Source of the DNA: Eledone cirrhosa
Taxonomy: Eukaryota
DNA: 64,000 bases
Assembly: GCA_964016885.1 (NCBI GenBank)
Contig: OZ024740.1
Span: 382,912,001 to 382,976,000, forward strand
Direction: 5' to 3'
The notes under the pieces were generated by a model, which worked only from the letters and a program-made list of their open reading frames with translations, ran no database searches and was not told where the DNA came from. Made by a program: the position numbers and the translations under genes. How positions within the stretch are numbered: the stretch's first letter is position 1; each line of letters begins with the position of its first letter. Below, one piece after another: positions 25,340-39,950 of the stretch.

Positions 25340-25394
25340 ACTGCCTGAAGAGGTCACAGCCAAAGATGGCTGTCACCGAAATATATATAGCAGT
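25340..25394 (+). ncRNA. Type I minimal hammerhead ribozyme, family A (best-formed copy), in a solo module 25249-25425
   Basis: ACUGC CUGAAGA GGUCACAGCCA AAGA UGGCUGUCACC GAAA UAUAUA UA GCAGU; perfect stem I. Confidence 0.88.
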
Positions 25395-25429
25395 AATAAA
25401 CGTAGCTAAATTTTAAACATTTGACTTTT

Positions 25430-25479
<50 letters not shown>

Positions 25480-25857
25480 AAGGGGCTTATATCGAGATGT
25501 ATGTGGCATTTGCATGTACATTAGACGTATGAGAGCCTCTTATGTGTTTATTGTATATATATATATACCATATGTAGTCATAAACATCCCTCTTATGCAC
25601 AATGCTAACCTAGTGCCACGACCAATACATAAGTCTATATATCTATGTATATATCATAAAAACACTTCATTTACCTTATTTAATCCTCCTACAAATAGAA
25701 AATATTAGATCAGACAAAGCTAACATTCCTACTATTTGGCAAGGTCAGAAATCTACCGCCAATATTTCTTTGCTTAAACTTTAATCTGTCATTTTAATAA
25801 ATGTATATATATATGTACTTCATGTGAGAAAAACCACAGACACTCCATCTCAACTCA

Positions 25858-25895
25858 TCTTTTGAAAAGCAGAAGAACTGCGAAACCGGTAAAGG
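25858..25895 (+). ncRNA. Minimal hammerhead-like motif with a U3/A8 core variant
   Basis: UCUU UUGAAAA GCAG AAGAA CUGC GAAA CCGG UA AAGG. Confidence 0.55.
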
Positions 25896-25963
25896 AACCA
25901 AATAAATATATATATTTAAAAAAAAAATAAGACTCCAGTTGCATTTTCGATTTCATCTCTTTT

Positions 25964-26036
<73 letters not shown>

Positions 26037-26494
26037 CGGAACTGAAAAAAAATGGAAATCTTTAAAAAATATATTGAAGTTAAATACGAAACATTAGGTG
26101 ATCCTATATGTATTCTCCTTTTAGAATGAAATTGCATCGGAATCATATCACAGATTTTAAACTTGAAGACTAGAATATGTGTCATTAAAAGGAAACAGAG
26201 AACAATAAAAATACAGGATGAAAGGCATCAGCTGAATGTAAAAAATGCATTGAATAATCAAGAACGTGCAACTACATTTAAATCAGTAAGAAAAGAGGTC
26301 TAAGGTTCCGGACATAATACATCGTTAAATATTTTGCAATATTAGTTGCTGACGTTTCTATTTTATTCTAAATCGTGAAATAATTTTTCAACATTATTCA
26401 GTCAAACAGCAGCAAAGACTCAAGAATGTTTAATACTATGAGCAAAAATAATGAATTTTATTTGAGGCATGGTACTCCTCAATGTGTGAGGGCA

Positions 26495-26642
26495 TTAGTG
26501 ATAAGCGATTAAATCGACCGCAGTACATACATTATTTTAATGATATAGAGAGGACTAATACTAAAGTTAATATCCACATGGTTGAAATCAGGACGTAGAG
26601 AGCCGGAACAAATGCTGCAAACCATTTGCCGGCGCTCTAACA
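26495..26642 (-). mobile_element. Degenerate tRNA-derived SINE
   Basis: Diverged match to the copies at 43550-43975 and 61745-61872. Confidence 0.55.
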
Positions 26643-27107
26643 GAAAAATAATCTCAGAGTGGTGCGAGCTACCGCCGTCATATTAAATATAAGTGAAAAA
26701 AACTCTATTTCTGGGAGTATAAGCCAGACAAAATCCCCAAATTCAGTCTATCTCACTCATATATCTATCTCCCTACCACGAGTTAATTCGTGGAAAAGTC
26801 CAATATTTGAAGAATTCAGGAATTCATTAGGGAAGTATTTTTCAATTTAAAGATACCATATTTATCATGGAATTCTACATAGCAGTTGCCGATCAAGCAT
26901 GCTACACATAAACACGTTGTGTAATTGAATCGTTGCATGAATACATGTCTCTTAATATTAAGCTTTGTGACAAGCTTATAATACCACTAGAAATAGCGGC
27001 CAAAAGAGCGTCTGCCAGCTCAACAAATCAGGAGCCGCTTATAAATAATTATCATTTTAACGTTTGAGAGTTAACCTTTTAACATCACAAATGAAAGTGG
27101 TAATATT

Positions 27108-27217
27108 AAATAATTGTTTCTACTTTAGGCACAAGGCCAGCAATTACCCAGTCCATTACTGGTACTTTATTTTATCAATCCCGTAAGGATGAAAGGCAAA
27201 GTCAACCTCGGCGGGAT
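27108..27217 (-). mobile_element. tRNA-derived SINE fragment (octopus-type)
   Basis: ggcacaaggccagcaatt...tttattttatcaatcccgtaaggatgaaaggcaaagtcaacctcggcggga. Confidence 0.8.
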
Positions 27218-27665
27218 ATGGATAATTAAGTCTTTATATTCAGATCCTAAGATTATTTCACCTGAATTACTCTAAAGGCAACCAAAGCAAGTTCCTTTTT
27301 TTTTATAACGCGCTGTTAATTAGTGTAATACATTATGTTGATTTTGATAAAAATAATCATATTCATTGTGGTTATTGTTTTTGTTGTTGAGTTTATGATG
27401 AGGTTAATGGTACATGTATTAGTGTAACATCATACACAGAAAAATGTCGATGATATGAAATTAAAGGAGTACCATTTAAATAATGCATCAAAACACTCAT
27501 AAAATGATATTCAAAATTACTTAATTCCAATTCACGTCCACATTTGCTTGTATTATTTCTTGCGCAGTTTGAGGTGTTTCCTTGCGTAATGCTTCCCACA
27601 CAGACAGGCTCGTACATAGAAGCATGGAAAGACACAGCCACATGGAAACACACATACACACGCAG

Positions 27666-27696
<31 letters not shown>

Positions 27697-28321
27697 GATA
27701 GGTAGATAGATAGATAGATAGATGGAGAGAGAGAGAGGGGCGGGGAGAATGAGTTCTCTTTTTTGTCTATAGCACAATCACATAGAAATTATGTTTGTTT
27801 TAGATATGGCTTTGTGTGCTGGCACTTATATCATTTGCTGAAACTATATTAAACGAAATATTTGTAATAACAGAATTATTTCCTCAAGGGAAACAAAAAA
27901 AATGAAATATTATAAAATATAAGTTTGAAAACAATCACTTCCACTATTAATTCGAAACATTTATAGACTATAATAATTAAGATAAACAATATAGAAAAAT
28001 GTTTTGAACCATAACACATATATACATACATGAACGCACATGTGTTAGAAGACACACATGTATTCTTCCTACTTTAAATATATTTACATAACTCTTTTGA
28101 ATATTTAGATATAATTTTCCGCTGTCTCTATATGGGAGGCATGTTATTTATTTGCTAAAAATATCTTTATTATAGAATTTAACTATAAGGACCAAACGGT
28201 AGGTTTGGTAGAGCAGTAAATTAATAAATTACGTCGATGCAATATATAAATATATATATACATACGTTTAAATTTGCTGGTTTACCACTTTGTAGAATTG
28301 GTCATTCTGCAATGTTAACCG

Positions 28322-28698
28322 CACGTAATATGAGAAAAGCACTCGACGTTATGCAACTCATCCCTCTTCAATGTTGAATCATGTTGGTGGTGCGGGAAAG
28401 GAGGAAATGTATTATAAAGTGAAATGACAGGAGGCCAAATTGTTGAATTTACTAATGTTTTTGACCTAGAGACGGATGTAATAGCATTCTGCCACATTAG
28501 CCGCCCGCCACTGATGTAATAGTTGTAGTAGATGTATACCAACCTTTCGTTGTACTACATCTATTACGCAATGTATACCTGATGAGGTCACCGGGTTCTT
28601 AGGCAACCTGGCCACTGAAATGTGCATAGTGTTTACAGTAATAAGCAAATTAAGGAAATTCAACATATTTGGCCTCCTGTCAGTTCACTTTATAATAT
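28322..28698. mobile_element. HHR module family F, inverted pair (~28408-28455 / ~28648-28698)
   Basis: Short inverted arms, + strand HHR, shared 3' motif. Confidence 0.75.
28575..28632 (+). ncRNA. Type I minimal hammerhead ribozyme, family F
   Basis: AUAC CUGAUGA GGUCACCGGGUU CUUAGGC AACCUGGCCACU GAAA UGUGCA UA GUGU. Confidence 0.75.
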
Positions 28699-31269
28699 AT
28701 ATTTATTATAAAAACAGATTAATGTTTAAGCAAGGAGGAAATCGGTGATTTTCCCCTTAGCGCCATCTTCTGAAACTAAAAAAAAACAATCCATATATTT
28801 GGGTGTTTGTGTCTGTATGTGTGAATGTATGGGTGGGCGTGTGTGGAACAGCTTATTTTAACATATTGGAATAATCACATTATTGGTTCAGTTTAATTAT
28901 AAGAACATTCATATTGCTATATCAGCGTTTTATGATTCATCATGAAAAACAATGTTCCTTAACTCATTATCATTGAAGACCTACGTTTCATTAATACAAT
29001 TGAATGATAGTAGATATTTTTTATTCATTCGTTTTCACAACAAATGATAGGTATGCTGTTATTATAACTTGAAAGAATCATCACCACCATATTTATAATT
29101 GTCTACCGTTACTTCTTCGCTGATTCAATGTTTCATGTGTGTTCAATGTTTATATTATTTTACGTTAGTCTTCACTTTTTTATGTATATCTCTATAAAAT
29201 AGTATTTTTATATAGTTTCACACTTATATAAATAACATTACAAATAAAAAAGATGTTAAAGTTATACAATGATGGAAATATGAAAAAGAAAGATAAAAAC
29301 AAATTTAAGTAATATATTATTTAATTTGATTTATAGCTCTTTACATAGCCACCAAATAAATTATCCTATTAGTGCATTTCATGTAAAAGTTTCAGCCATT
29401 AATTCTGCAATGTTCATGATTGCATTGGAAATATTGTAGTACCTTGTTTGACTAAAATACCTTTCTGTTGCCTGCAAGTCTGTGATGGCGTTTTAGTGAG
29501 AAAGATTTATTTTTTTTTAAATTCTACCCGGGTTATATTAACTCCAATTGTTCAACATATCAACCTTCATTTCTATGATGTTTAGAATGCTGATCACAAG
29601 AATCTAAACTATGTTCGACATATTTAAAGGAAGAACAGTCCTCTAATATATTTTCATATGACATTTCAGTTCTGCACCAAATGGTTAGCAGTAGTTTAAT
29701 CTATATGTAAACATTTGAGTGGATATATCCTACATAATTTGAAGTAAACATTTGAGTAACCTGATTAGTGTAACTGTTTATTAAGACAACAGTAAATTCT
29801 AGTGTGAATATACTTAAATTCCATTCTCTTGATGGGAAATAATAATTAAATTGCTTCATGTTAGCATAATTTCTTTTCAATGTTATCATCTGAACGAATG
29901 CTTTCTGTACATTTTTACTGACATAGAAATCCCACAACACGTAAAAAGCAATTATGATTCAACAATTAGTCACAGCATATCTAATTTCAACTATGTGAAG
30001 TAAAGGAACATGAGCAGTCTGTTAGGTGAAAAATCACATGCTCAAGAAATATCATGATTTTAAAAATTATTTCAGTGTTACTAAAAGTTTCCTGTGAAAT
30101 AGATTAGATTTTTAAAACGTAAATTTAAAGAAAATGATAGCGTCACGCAGATTGTGTCGGCTAAAGGGTGATCAGTGAAAAATGTATTAGCAGTATATGT
30201 TTAATTTATAAAAGGCAACATATATTTAAATCAGTAAGTTGCCGGAACACTTGCATAATTTATACTAGCACCCAGCTACTATGCAGAGTGAAGTAAGTAA
30301 TAATATACTTAACGTTACGAGTAGCATAACTATAATCTTAACTATGTATAACATACTGAAATATGTTGGAAATAGGATAGTCAAATTGTATTGAATGCCG
30401 AGATACATTTAATAAACGTTTCTGCATGTGGCTCTCGATAACGCATTTCAATTACAGATTGTACATGAATTAAGAGCAAATTATATAATGCGGTTATGTT
30501 TCACAAATACATCTAACATTTGTAAAACAGGCTGCAATGCAAACGAACTGACATATTCATTTTATGATTGGGTTTGCAGTTGTCTACGATTATACCTGCA
30601 TAAATTGTTGCCAATATATCTTCATTTCTCTGTAAAATCTGAGCTTTTTAACAAATGGAAATTTATTTATTCAAGCTGAAGTAGAATGTATTATATCTTG
30701 ATTTCCAGGTGTCTTCGCTACATCACAACGCATTGCAAGTGGTACAAAACATTTTATATTTCAAGAAACTTACAGAAATATTTCGACATTTATCCATAAT
30801 TTTGATTACATATAAAGAGCGAAAATAAGCAATCAATGCATTATGTGGCTTCAAATGTCTCCTAAAGACGAAATTGATACGTGCTATTTTGTCAGGTCAT
30901 TATTAGGTTTTACTTGTATATATGGTAAGGTTGAAGGAAGTAAATAGTTTAAAATACTCTTGAACTTCTCAGCAATAAAGCAGGGACTGTGAATCTGAAA
31001 TAAAAGCATAAATGAATTTGAATTAAATCCTCATTTGAAGCAAACCAGTATATATTCCTCAATTGTATTCATAAGTAAATTTACCCAAGTCAATGCATGC
31101 TACTTTATTTTCTCACCGAAGGAAACATATTGATTGTTTACAATCTGAACATGAAACAAATCAAACACATTCAACTACCAGCAACACTAAAACACGCATT
31201 CCCACCATATAACATATATACTGCTGTGAAAGCTCGATACAATGAAATAAATTATATTTGCTATTTATA

Positions 31270-31342
<73 letters not shown>

Positions 31343-32130
31343 AGGCCGGGTAAAATTCCCGAGATTCATGGACGAGTTCTCTCCAGCGGTCTCTGTCCTT
31401 GATCATTGCCGCCCTGTCCTGCGTCTCCCATAGACCTATGTCTGTCCCTACGGCATCAACCTAAGTAAACATCGGTCACCCTCTTCTAGTGTGGCCGTGT
31501 AGGGGCTCCGACAGGAGCACTGAGTGTAGTATCAATTCTGAATGTCTGTGAGCATGTCCCGCTAACCTCAGTCTCCTCTGTGTTACTTTCGAGCTGACAT
31601 TTGGGAGGCTCCTGTACAGCTCTTAGTTCTTGATCCTCAATGTACACTAGTTAATGTTCAGAGTCATCATCAGCATTCTCGTGTAGCACTCATCCACCAT
31701 CTGAGTGAGGTTTTTGGTCAATGTGCAAGCCTAGGACCCGTATAGTAGCACAGACTCCACTGTAGAAGCGAGGAGACGGAGTGTAAGGTCTTTACGAAGG
31801 TCCGACTTCCACACTGTCGCAAGCCACCCATGCTTTGCTCGTTCTTACAACCACATAATTTTCTATGCTTCCAATCTTTGCTCCCAGATACAGAAAGTCG
31901 TCACCCAATTCTAGCGTCTTCCCGCCTACATACAAATTCTTATCTGGCTTCTTAATATTCTCTATCAGATACTTCGTCTTAACCTCATTCATCCTCAGAC
32001 CCAGACTCATCGACACAGACTCCACCTTCTGCATCACATCCTCTTCCTCCTTCACTGTGTCGTCAGCAGATTCAGCATCTCATATCTTGTTTGCCTTAAC
32101 TCTCCTGCTCCGAACCAGTGCTACAGTAAA
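31343..32130 (-). mobile_element. 5'-truncated RTE-clade LINE (degenerate RT C-terminal half)
   Basis: SADD...SLGLRMNEVKTKY...DDFLYLG...SKAWVAC...STVESVLLYG...CYTRML...RRLRLAGH...RRG; 3' end at (TA)n. Confidence 0.85.
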
Positions 32131-33235
32131 TGTATATATATATACATATATATATAATGTTGTGTGTGTATGTGTGTGTGCATATGTGTGTGTGTATACA
32201 CATTTTAAATTGTTTACATTTGTAAACTGCATGGACAATATTTCTAGCATTTCAATGTGTCCCTGTGATATACCGCTGTTTATCATGTACATACTAAAAA
32301 GAAAGAACCTTGGAAATGTTTTCAAACATATATAGTGACGTTTCGATATATATTAAATCATAAAAAACATGTATTAATGTTCTATCTATATCTACAACAT
32401 TATATTATTGCAATTTGAAAACTATAACCTCTATTCGTTGATAAAATATATATATATATGGTGTAGTTTATTGTACGTTCTAAACGAAACATTTAAAAAG
32501 ATATATAAAGGACATTTACATTGTCTGTTTAACTTATTTAAGCCGGCATATACCAAATTGCTTTCATGCATCAAACGCTGTAAATCTTGTTTGTATAGAT
32601 CTGGTTAAAACTTGAATATTAGACGCAAACTATTTGGCTATCAGACAGTGATATCGCCATTGCTCAAACTACATTACCGGATTTAAGTGTGTAGAATTTA
32701 TCAGTCAAACATATATTTGCAATACATAATTTATTTCATTTTTTTTTGCATATAATTGTGACAACCCTCCTTACTTTCCGTTAAAGGTGGATCTTATTTA
32801 ATACCCCGTCCCATTCATTGCAATGCACTGAATATGAACTGACACATAATATTCTGGTATATTCAATATATTTCATGTGAGTTGAACATTGATTTTAAGT
32901 TATATGATATAATTTTATTTTGAGGTTATATGTCAATAACTTCTGATTTTATGTAGCAGTTTAGAGGTTCTCTTTTGCGAAGTCTTACTATTTCTTATTG
33001 TACTTAAGAAGTGGAATTTATTCGACAACGTGTTCATATTTGATAACAAAAAAAATCAAATTATACACACGCACAGAGACGATAGGAAAATTGTTTTCCG
33101 TACTCTTAGCTGCCCTCTGTTACTCATTCAACAAAGGATGTTTCGAAGGGGCGGATGCGATCAAAAGACTCTGAGTGCTTACCAAATGTATATTTGTAAA
33201 GGAAGAGTAGCACTAATATATATATATATATATTA

Positions 33236-33328
<93 letters not shown>

Positions 33329-33509
33329 CATGTGTGTGTGTGTGCAGCTTAGTTGTACACAGGGGAGAAATAAAGTACGTGCATTAAAAGATATGACTAG
33401 TTTGTGAAATGTAGAGTAGAAAAATATGCGATGTACTTATGCAAATGTACATAAGCGTTTTTAGTCACGAAATTCCTGTCAGTCAAGCTATATATCGAAA
33501 TACATACAT

Positions 33510-33573
<64 letters not shown>

Positions 33574-34970
33574 AGGACCTCAGCGGCTTGGCGCCCGCCG
33601 TTTCGACCGCTAGACCAATAGCATGAAACATAGAACAAATAATGATACATTGTTCTTGAAACAAGGTATAAGTCCGTGACCAGATATGATAGTTAAAATA
33701 TTTGACTTTTGGTATTGTGTGTCAAATTTTGTCAAGCTACAATACGAAAAGGTTTACGTTACATGATGATGCTGCCAAAAAAAAGAAAAGAAACATTCTT
33801 ATGAAGTATATTTTATGCTTAATCATTATATTTAATATCCTTGTACTAAATATATATACATATATATATAAATAACCACTCGTATATTTTTACTAGCCGT
33901 ATCTCCAATTGAATAAACACTCAAATGTGTATTATTACCGAACTAAGAAACCTTTCACGATACATGTAAACCATAATCAAGTAATATTCCTTTTGCTAAA
34001 AGTGTAGTCCATATTGGTGATGATACACATATGTTATGCTAGATCTCTGGAGCAGTTACATTTATTTTATAAACGTCGTTGCTTTTTCTCGATTGCAATC
34101 ATTTTTCTTATTTTTATAGACTCAAAGAGAAAGTGATGTTCAAAATTTGTGATAGACGTACCTAAAATGTGATCTCTCGATTATTTTATATTTCATTATC
34201 AATAAACCAAGAAAAACGCAAATGCTTCTATTCAAAAGTTATTTCTATTTGATAAAATAATTTAAATGGCCAATTGGCATTATTTTCCATATATAATTTC
34301 ATTACGTCGTATGATGCTCCTCTTGATTTTGATTATATATGGAGCTTCAATGTAGAAATGTACGACTGAAATATGATGATATTTTTTATAAATTGCATTG
34401 GATCTATTCATTGATATTTGTCATCATAATATCTATGGAAAATAGAAATCGTTTTCCAAATGCTTAACTAAAAGTTTACTTTGATATTTTACATAACTCT
34501 ACATGACACCTAAAATAACATGTATAAGATTCAGTTAAAACGCTAGTTTATCTTTATTATGTATAATGTATATTATGTATAATGTATATTATGATTATTG
34601 AATAGATATATGTAGGAACATTTGATAGATTTGTATGTTTTTGTGTAGTGTTCATTAAATTTCACTAAAGCGATTACATGCTGTCAGAAGGATCCACCAT
34701 TATTAACTGAAGGAAGGAAACTCGAGATAGTTGATTATGCTTGCACTCCCTTTTGCATTTAATGCACATATTATGTATATACATTTTATGAATGTGTTTT
34801 ATATATTAAGATCAATTTGATTAACTACTTGATAGATTGCATAAATAATATTTGGTGCAAATGTAGGACTGATTTTTCAGTATCTAGGACAAAAAGAAAC
34901 AGCAATAAAATACAACTTTATAAAAGAAAAATCAGCTGTGCATTTGCACTAAATATTATTATGAATCTAC

Positions 34971-35032
<62 letters not shown>

Positions 35033-36639
35033 TATATTGTTCAAGTTAAAACATAATTAATGGAGATTTCTTTTCATATGTTGTATTTAATGCATACATG
35101 CATTAAACTATGCAATATAATCAAGCATTTATGTATTTCTCCTTTTTATCATATTACTATATATGTATGGAATGAAAGAAGTGGGTAGTTATTTAAGGCT
35201 TACTATAAAATGTAGATATTGGATAATCAAATACTAGATGGTTTATGGAATATCAACTAAAAGAATTCTATGAATTATAAATGATGTCATTCCTTTACAC
35301 AGACCGCATGGAATTTTGTCTATGCATTCATATGCATGCTGTAATGAATCAATTTATTTTATAAAAATGAGGTCATCTTTCAATTGCGCACTACAGCTAC
35401 CTCTCTCCGCTTCACTTACTGAGTAGAACAGCAGCAGCTAACTACAGACACAAATGCTTTTAAATATCTTTAAATTTCACTCAAAAATGTGATTCTTAAT
35501 CGCTTCAGATAATCCTCTGTATTCTTCAGAAGACTCAAAACGGAGGTCTTTATGAACAACCATCTCAAAACTCATACAAATAATTTTACTGGGCAGTCTG
35601 TTTCTCAGCGTCGAGAAATCCTCTTTATATCTAATACCCAAGTTTCGAATTTACAGTATATAAGTAAGAACTGAGAAGGTTCAGTCATATAGCACGCATG
35701 TTGTATAACACATGCTCTTGCCCAGATGCACTATGGTCATGTCCGGTCTAGAGGACCCAACAAGTAGTGTAAAGATTAGATAAAATTCATATTATGCAGA
35801 GTAATTTCATCCATTCATGAGTGGCAAACAATGCTAACAACATGTCGTTTTGGCTTTCTCATTGTGGATTAAGTGTATGGTTCAGAAACGTACTTATGAC
35901 TAACAGGAGACGTGAGAAATGTGTCATACTAGCAGATAGCCACATTGCCTCTCCAACAATATAGTAACACGTTATTTGAGTAGACGAAACTGCACATCAA
36001 ATATTGGGATGTACACTCCCAAAAGTATCAAGATTTGAAGAATATGGACATCATCTTAGGCATATATATAGCAGATGGAGGTATCAGGGAGAGAATAAGT
36101 GTCGTGGGATAGCTGTGACATGAACATATCATAACATATTTGTAGCTTGAATCTTGTATGTTTATTATACTCACACGCGCAGACAAACTCATACACCAGC
36201 AGTCACACACCCACCTATACATACACACACACATGCATATATATGTGTGATGAGTAGAGAAAAGGGAAACAAAAGAACACAAGGCAGGATATATAGTTAC
36301 ACTAAAATCTCAACAAATACTCTCGCTTCACTAACATAGACACTAAACATACAGACAATACATAGAACGAACAAGCATATTGCATATGCGTATTTGAGTA
36401 TACACTCTCTGCTTCTAGAAAAATAACGCACATTGGAAAAGCGCATGCCTATGCATCATATCCCACGTCCTTATTTATATACAGAAGAAATCTCCCCTCC
36501 ATTTATACATTATTAATTAAAACATAACTGTTACTTTTGTTTTTGAAAATCTGTTAGGACGATGATTTAGTACGGTTTCGGTTACATGTATGTTTATACT
36601 TACATAAGGTCCATTACGACTAAGACTTCTTGGAGAAAC

Positions 36640-36922
36640 GGGCGAAGGATTCAGGAATACCAGCTTTGTCCATCTTCACGTCGATTCAATTTGGATTGCC
36701 TCAGGAACATAACTTGATTATGTAAGAAGCTGTCTGATGATGTCACAGCACTGGGTACACGGAAGCGTGTGGCCACTGTCGTCATTGAAATATGTATCAC
36801 ATCATTATCATTCTAACATCTGAGACTACTTCGCATTTTCTTATTTAAATATACTTCGTCACTTCTATGTGGAAAAGTTACGTTGAGTTCTTAAATTGAA
36901 TTGCATCAATGTTTACCTTACG

Positions 36923-36923
<1 letters not shown>
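36640..36923 (+). mobile_element. HHR module family G
   Basis: HHR followed by a 3' tail that is also found alone at 46661-46732; ends in (TA)n. Confidence 0.7.
36729..36803 (+). ncRNA. Type I minimal hammerhead ribozyme, family G, extended stem II
   Basis: GCUGU CUGAUGA UGUCACAG..UGG.UACACG GAAG CGUGUG.CCA CUGU..UCAUU GAAA UAUGUA UC ACAUC. Confidence 0.75.
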
Positions 36924-36953
<30 letters not shown>

Positions 36954-37030
36954 TTGAAAACAACAGAGCAAAATGATACAGTACAAGGAAAATATATATT
37001 AGTTTACTGCCTGTTATATATATATATATA

Positions 37031-37445
37031 AAGAATTAGGAATTTGCTTCAAACATAGCATTATACAATATGTATAGAAATTTCGTATTTAGAAAGAAAT
37101 ACGATTTTAGGAAGCCGTAGCTACCGCCCTCTGGTGTTGTCCAGCAGAAGCAAGGGGGACAACCATCTTTGCATTTCAGGCTTGACTGGCCATCGTCAGG
37201 ACGATCCCTCCCACTGTTGTGCGACTGCTGGACTTGAAAACAGCCGAGAATATATAGTTTTCTCGTCTGTGTAAATGAGGTGATTAATCTCATTTGCATA
37301 TGAAGTTGCATAAGTTGGCTCAACTTATAATAGAAAAGAAATAGAATTTCGCTTCAAGCATACCTTTATACAATATGTATAGAAATTTCGTATTTCGAAA
37401 GAAATATGATTTTAGGAAGCCGTAGCTATGCGACCACCAGTGGTA
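37031..37445 (-). mobile_element. Retrozyme-like non-coding element, family H: 305-bp unit with partial tandem copy
   Basis: 37031-37123 repeats at 37336-37428 (period 305); HHR within the unit; adjacent to (TA)n. Confidence 0.78.
37162..37205 (-). ncRNA. Minimal hammerhead ribozyme, family H (U16.1 mutated to A)
   Basis: AUCGUC CUGACGA U GGC CAGUCAA GCC U GAAA UGCA AA GAUGGU. Confidence 0.65.
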
Positions 37446-38819
37446 AACCATAGGCCATTCATGAAGTATACGAAACTGTATCCAATAGAGAGACGGCTAA
37501 TGTTCATTACCTTGTGTTCTTTCTTTGTTTTTATTTTCTTTGTTTTTATTTTCATAGTACTCCCAGTTTGGGAATTTAGAGTTTGGCAGGTCTGGTTGTT
37601 GACCACGTCAGCGATTTCTCTCATCAAAACTACGCCAGTGATTTTTTTTTTATGTCAGTATTTACGCAAATTTTTAATTAAATGATATTGTATTTTAATT
37701 ATTGATCCTTAAAACAGGTTTTTGTGTATTTTGTATATAAAATTGACATGGCCATCCCCACAAATTGTAACATTCATATTTTAATTTTCCTTCTGTGCAC
37801 GATCACCAGGTAATTAGAGGGTCTGACGAAATTTATTGCGCTCTTTGCTCCCGGTCATTAGGATTTTAGAAAAAAATTCTCCCGCCGCAAAATTCGTATT
37901 ACATTCAATAAAGTCAAATACTGGAGTCTATATAATTGTCTCAGATTGCCACCTAAAACTCATTCTCTAGCCGTCTGCCTCTGCTAGAAATGATTACTAT
38001 AATTTTTTTAAGTATCCTATTTGTGATTATTTATTTCTTAGTACAGATTTCAAGTTTCTCTTTGATATGTTATAATAACAAAGAAAAAGGAAAATCATTA
38101 ACTCGATATATCGTGTTTGTTTGTCTATGAGAGTCTCAGTGTTTATATGCGTCACTGTGAATGTGAGCGAAGTGGAGCCTATTTCATGAAGCTGACACCT
38201 TCAACTTCTGAATATTAATCTCATTCTATTTAATCATTTCACCAAGGGAATATTAAATATTTGTTCGTTTCATTATGTTTGTGCTACTCATTTTATTAAA
38301 TCTTGTGAAAATTTCTTTCAAACAAAATAAGGACGAAACGTGTTAACTGACAGTTCGAAAGATTAGTCGTCCCGATTTGTACGGCATGAATTCATGATGA
38401 TATATTTTAATGTTTAAATGATTTATTTTAATATTTAAATTTTATAATTTCATTGATCAGTTTACTCTATATATCTCGAACTTTATTTAGTAAATTCTCA
38501 AATCCTGAAAATCATCAGAATTAGAAATTATTGATAAGAGCATTGAACATATTTCTTTGACTCAGTGATGATTCGAAGTTTGTGTAACCATCATCGCTTG
38601 CCTTCAGGAAAAAAGAATTAGGATATAGATTGTCAACTTCTGCTGCAGGCTAGACAGTGATGGACGAGGCAAGCAACACCGACCACTCTGGCTAATACAA
38701 ATCAATTAATGTTTATTGTTTTGTATCACAGTGATATCTTTCCTCTCCCATCTTCTATTGTAAAATGAATCAGATGTGTGAATGTTATGACTTGGCCGCG
38801 TGATCGGAGTCTATATTAG

Positions 38820-39950
38820 TTCAATGATGATGGTCAATGACACCGAGATTAAAGGTTTTTTTTTCAGAAGTGCTTGTGCATATTCTTCGATGTTTCTATC
38901 ACGCGTTGAGTTGCCTAGTGACTTGTTCTGTCCAGCTATACTGTGTATTTTGTAGCAGGGCACCTATGCTAATGGACTCTATCGTATTCGAAACTTCAAT
39001 GCTGATTACACATTCACCCCATGAAATGTTGGTTACGTTCTATACATGGTGATATTGTTGTTGCCCACTCTGGGATGTATTCCGTACTAGATAATTGTTT
39101 CATTCGCGCCAAATGAACTGTTTGGTTTTTCAAGTTTGTTTCTATCACTTTGTCGATCCTGGCTTCTGACAACTTGTTTCTTTCTTCTGTTTTATCTCAC
39201 CGATGTGCAGTCGTTTACATTAAGTCTCCGCTGGAGTGGAGCCTCTGTCATCTTCAATCTGAACAACCAACAACATTTGTTTAAACAGATGGACATACCT
39301 GTGATATCAAATGTAGACACTTTCCTCATCTACGTCTTACGAGCACAATGTTAAAGAATGTGAAGCGACTCAGCGTGACCACACAATTCTCTTTTTCATC
39401 GATTCTATTTGGAAGAGTTCTGAGAGTTAGTTTTCGTGTTTCGCTTGACCACTCTGTGTTTCATGTAGCTCGACGAGTATGCCGACATGATATGTAGCGC
39501 ATTCTGGTCTTTCCATGATTTACAACGTAATTTTCTTGTTCAGATAATTGGACATTTTATCAATAATGATTTTCTTGGAGTCATTCTACTGTTAAATATT
39601 ATACTCTTGAGGAGTAATCAATAATTTATCGTTCCTTCGATGTAATGCTGCGTTTACAGAATTTGGAGCATTTGCTCGCACCTATTCTTGCATAAATTGA
39701 TGCTGACTACGTCTGGGATATTCTATACTAATTTACCATGTTTCCAGCAGAACTAAAATAATAAATGGTATTTGATGAACGAGGCTGAGTCCCTGTTTTC
39801 CCAAATCTCTTCGATTTCCTCAACTGTTACTGCCTTTACAGTAAATTGAAGCAGTGATTAAAAGGTCGCCGCATCCCTCGTTATCGAACATTCTTTCAAG
39901 GCTTATTACACATATTACAATGGTTGAAGTCAGAGTTGTATCTTTGTGCT
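38820..39950 (-). pseudogene. Possible highly degraded RTE-like LINE RT relic
   Basis: Higher GC than the flanks; fragment LSRFTFFNIVL resembles RT motif LSP.LFN..L; no continuous frame. Confidence 0.3.

Noticed and set aside
37124-37138. CTCF-like motif ACACCAGAGGGCGG
   Set aside because: Single imperfect match, poorly preserved in the second repeat copy.
37812-37850. CTGACGA as a hammerhead core
   Set aside because: No matching stem II, GAAA and cleavage site downstream.
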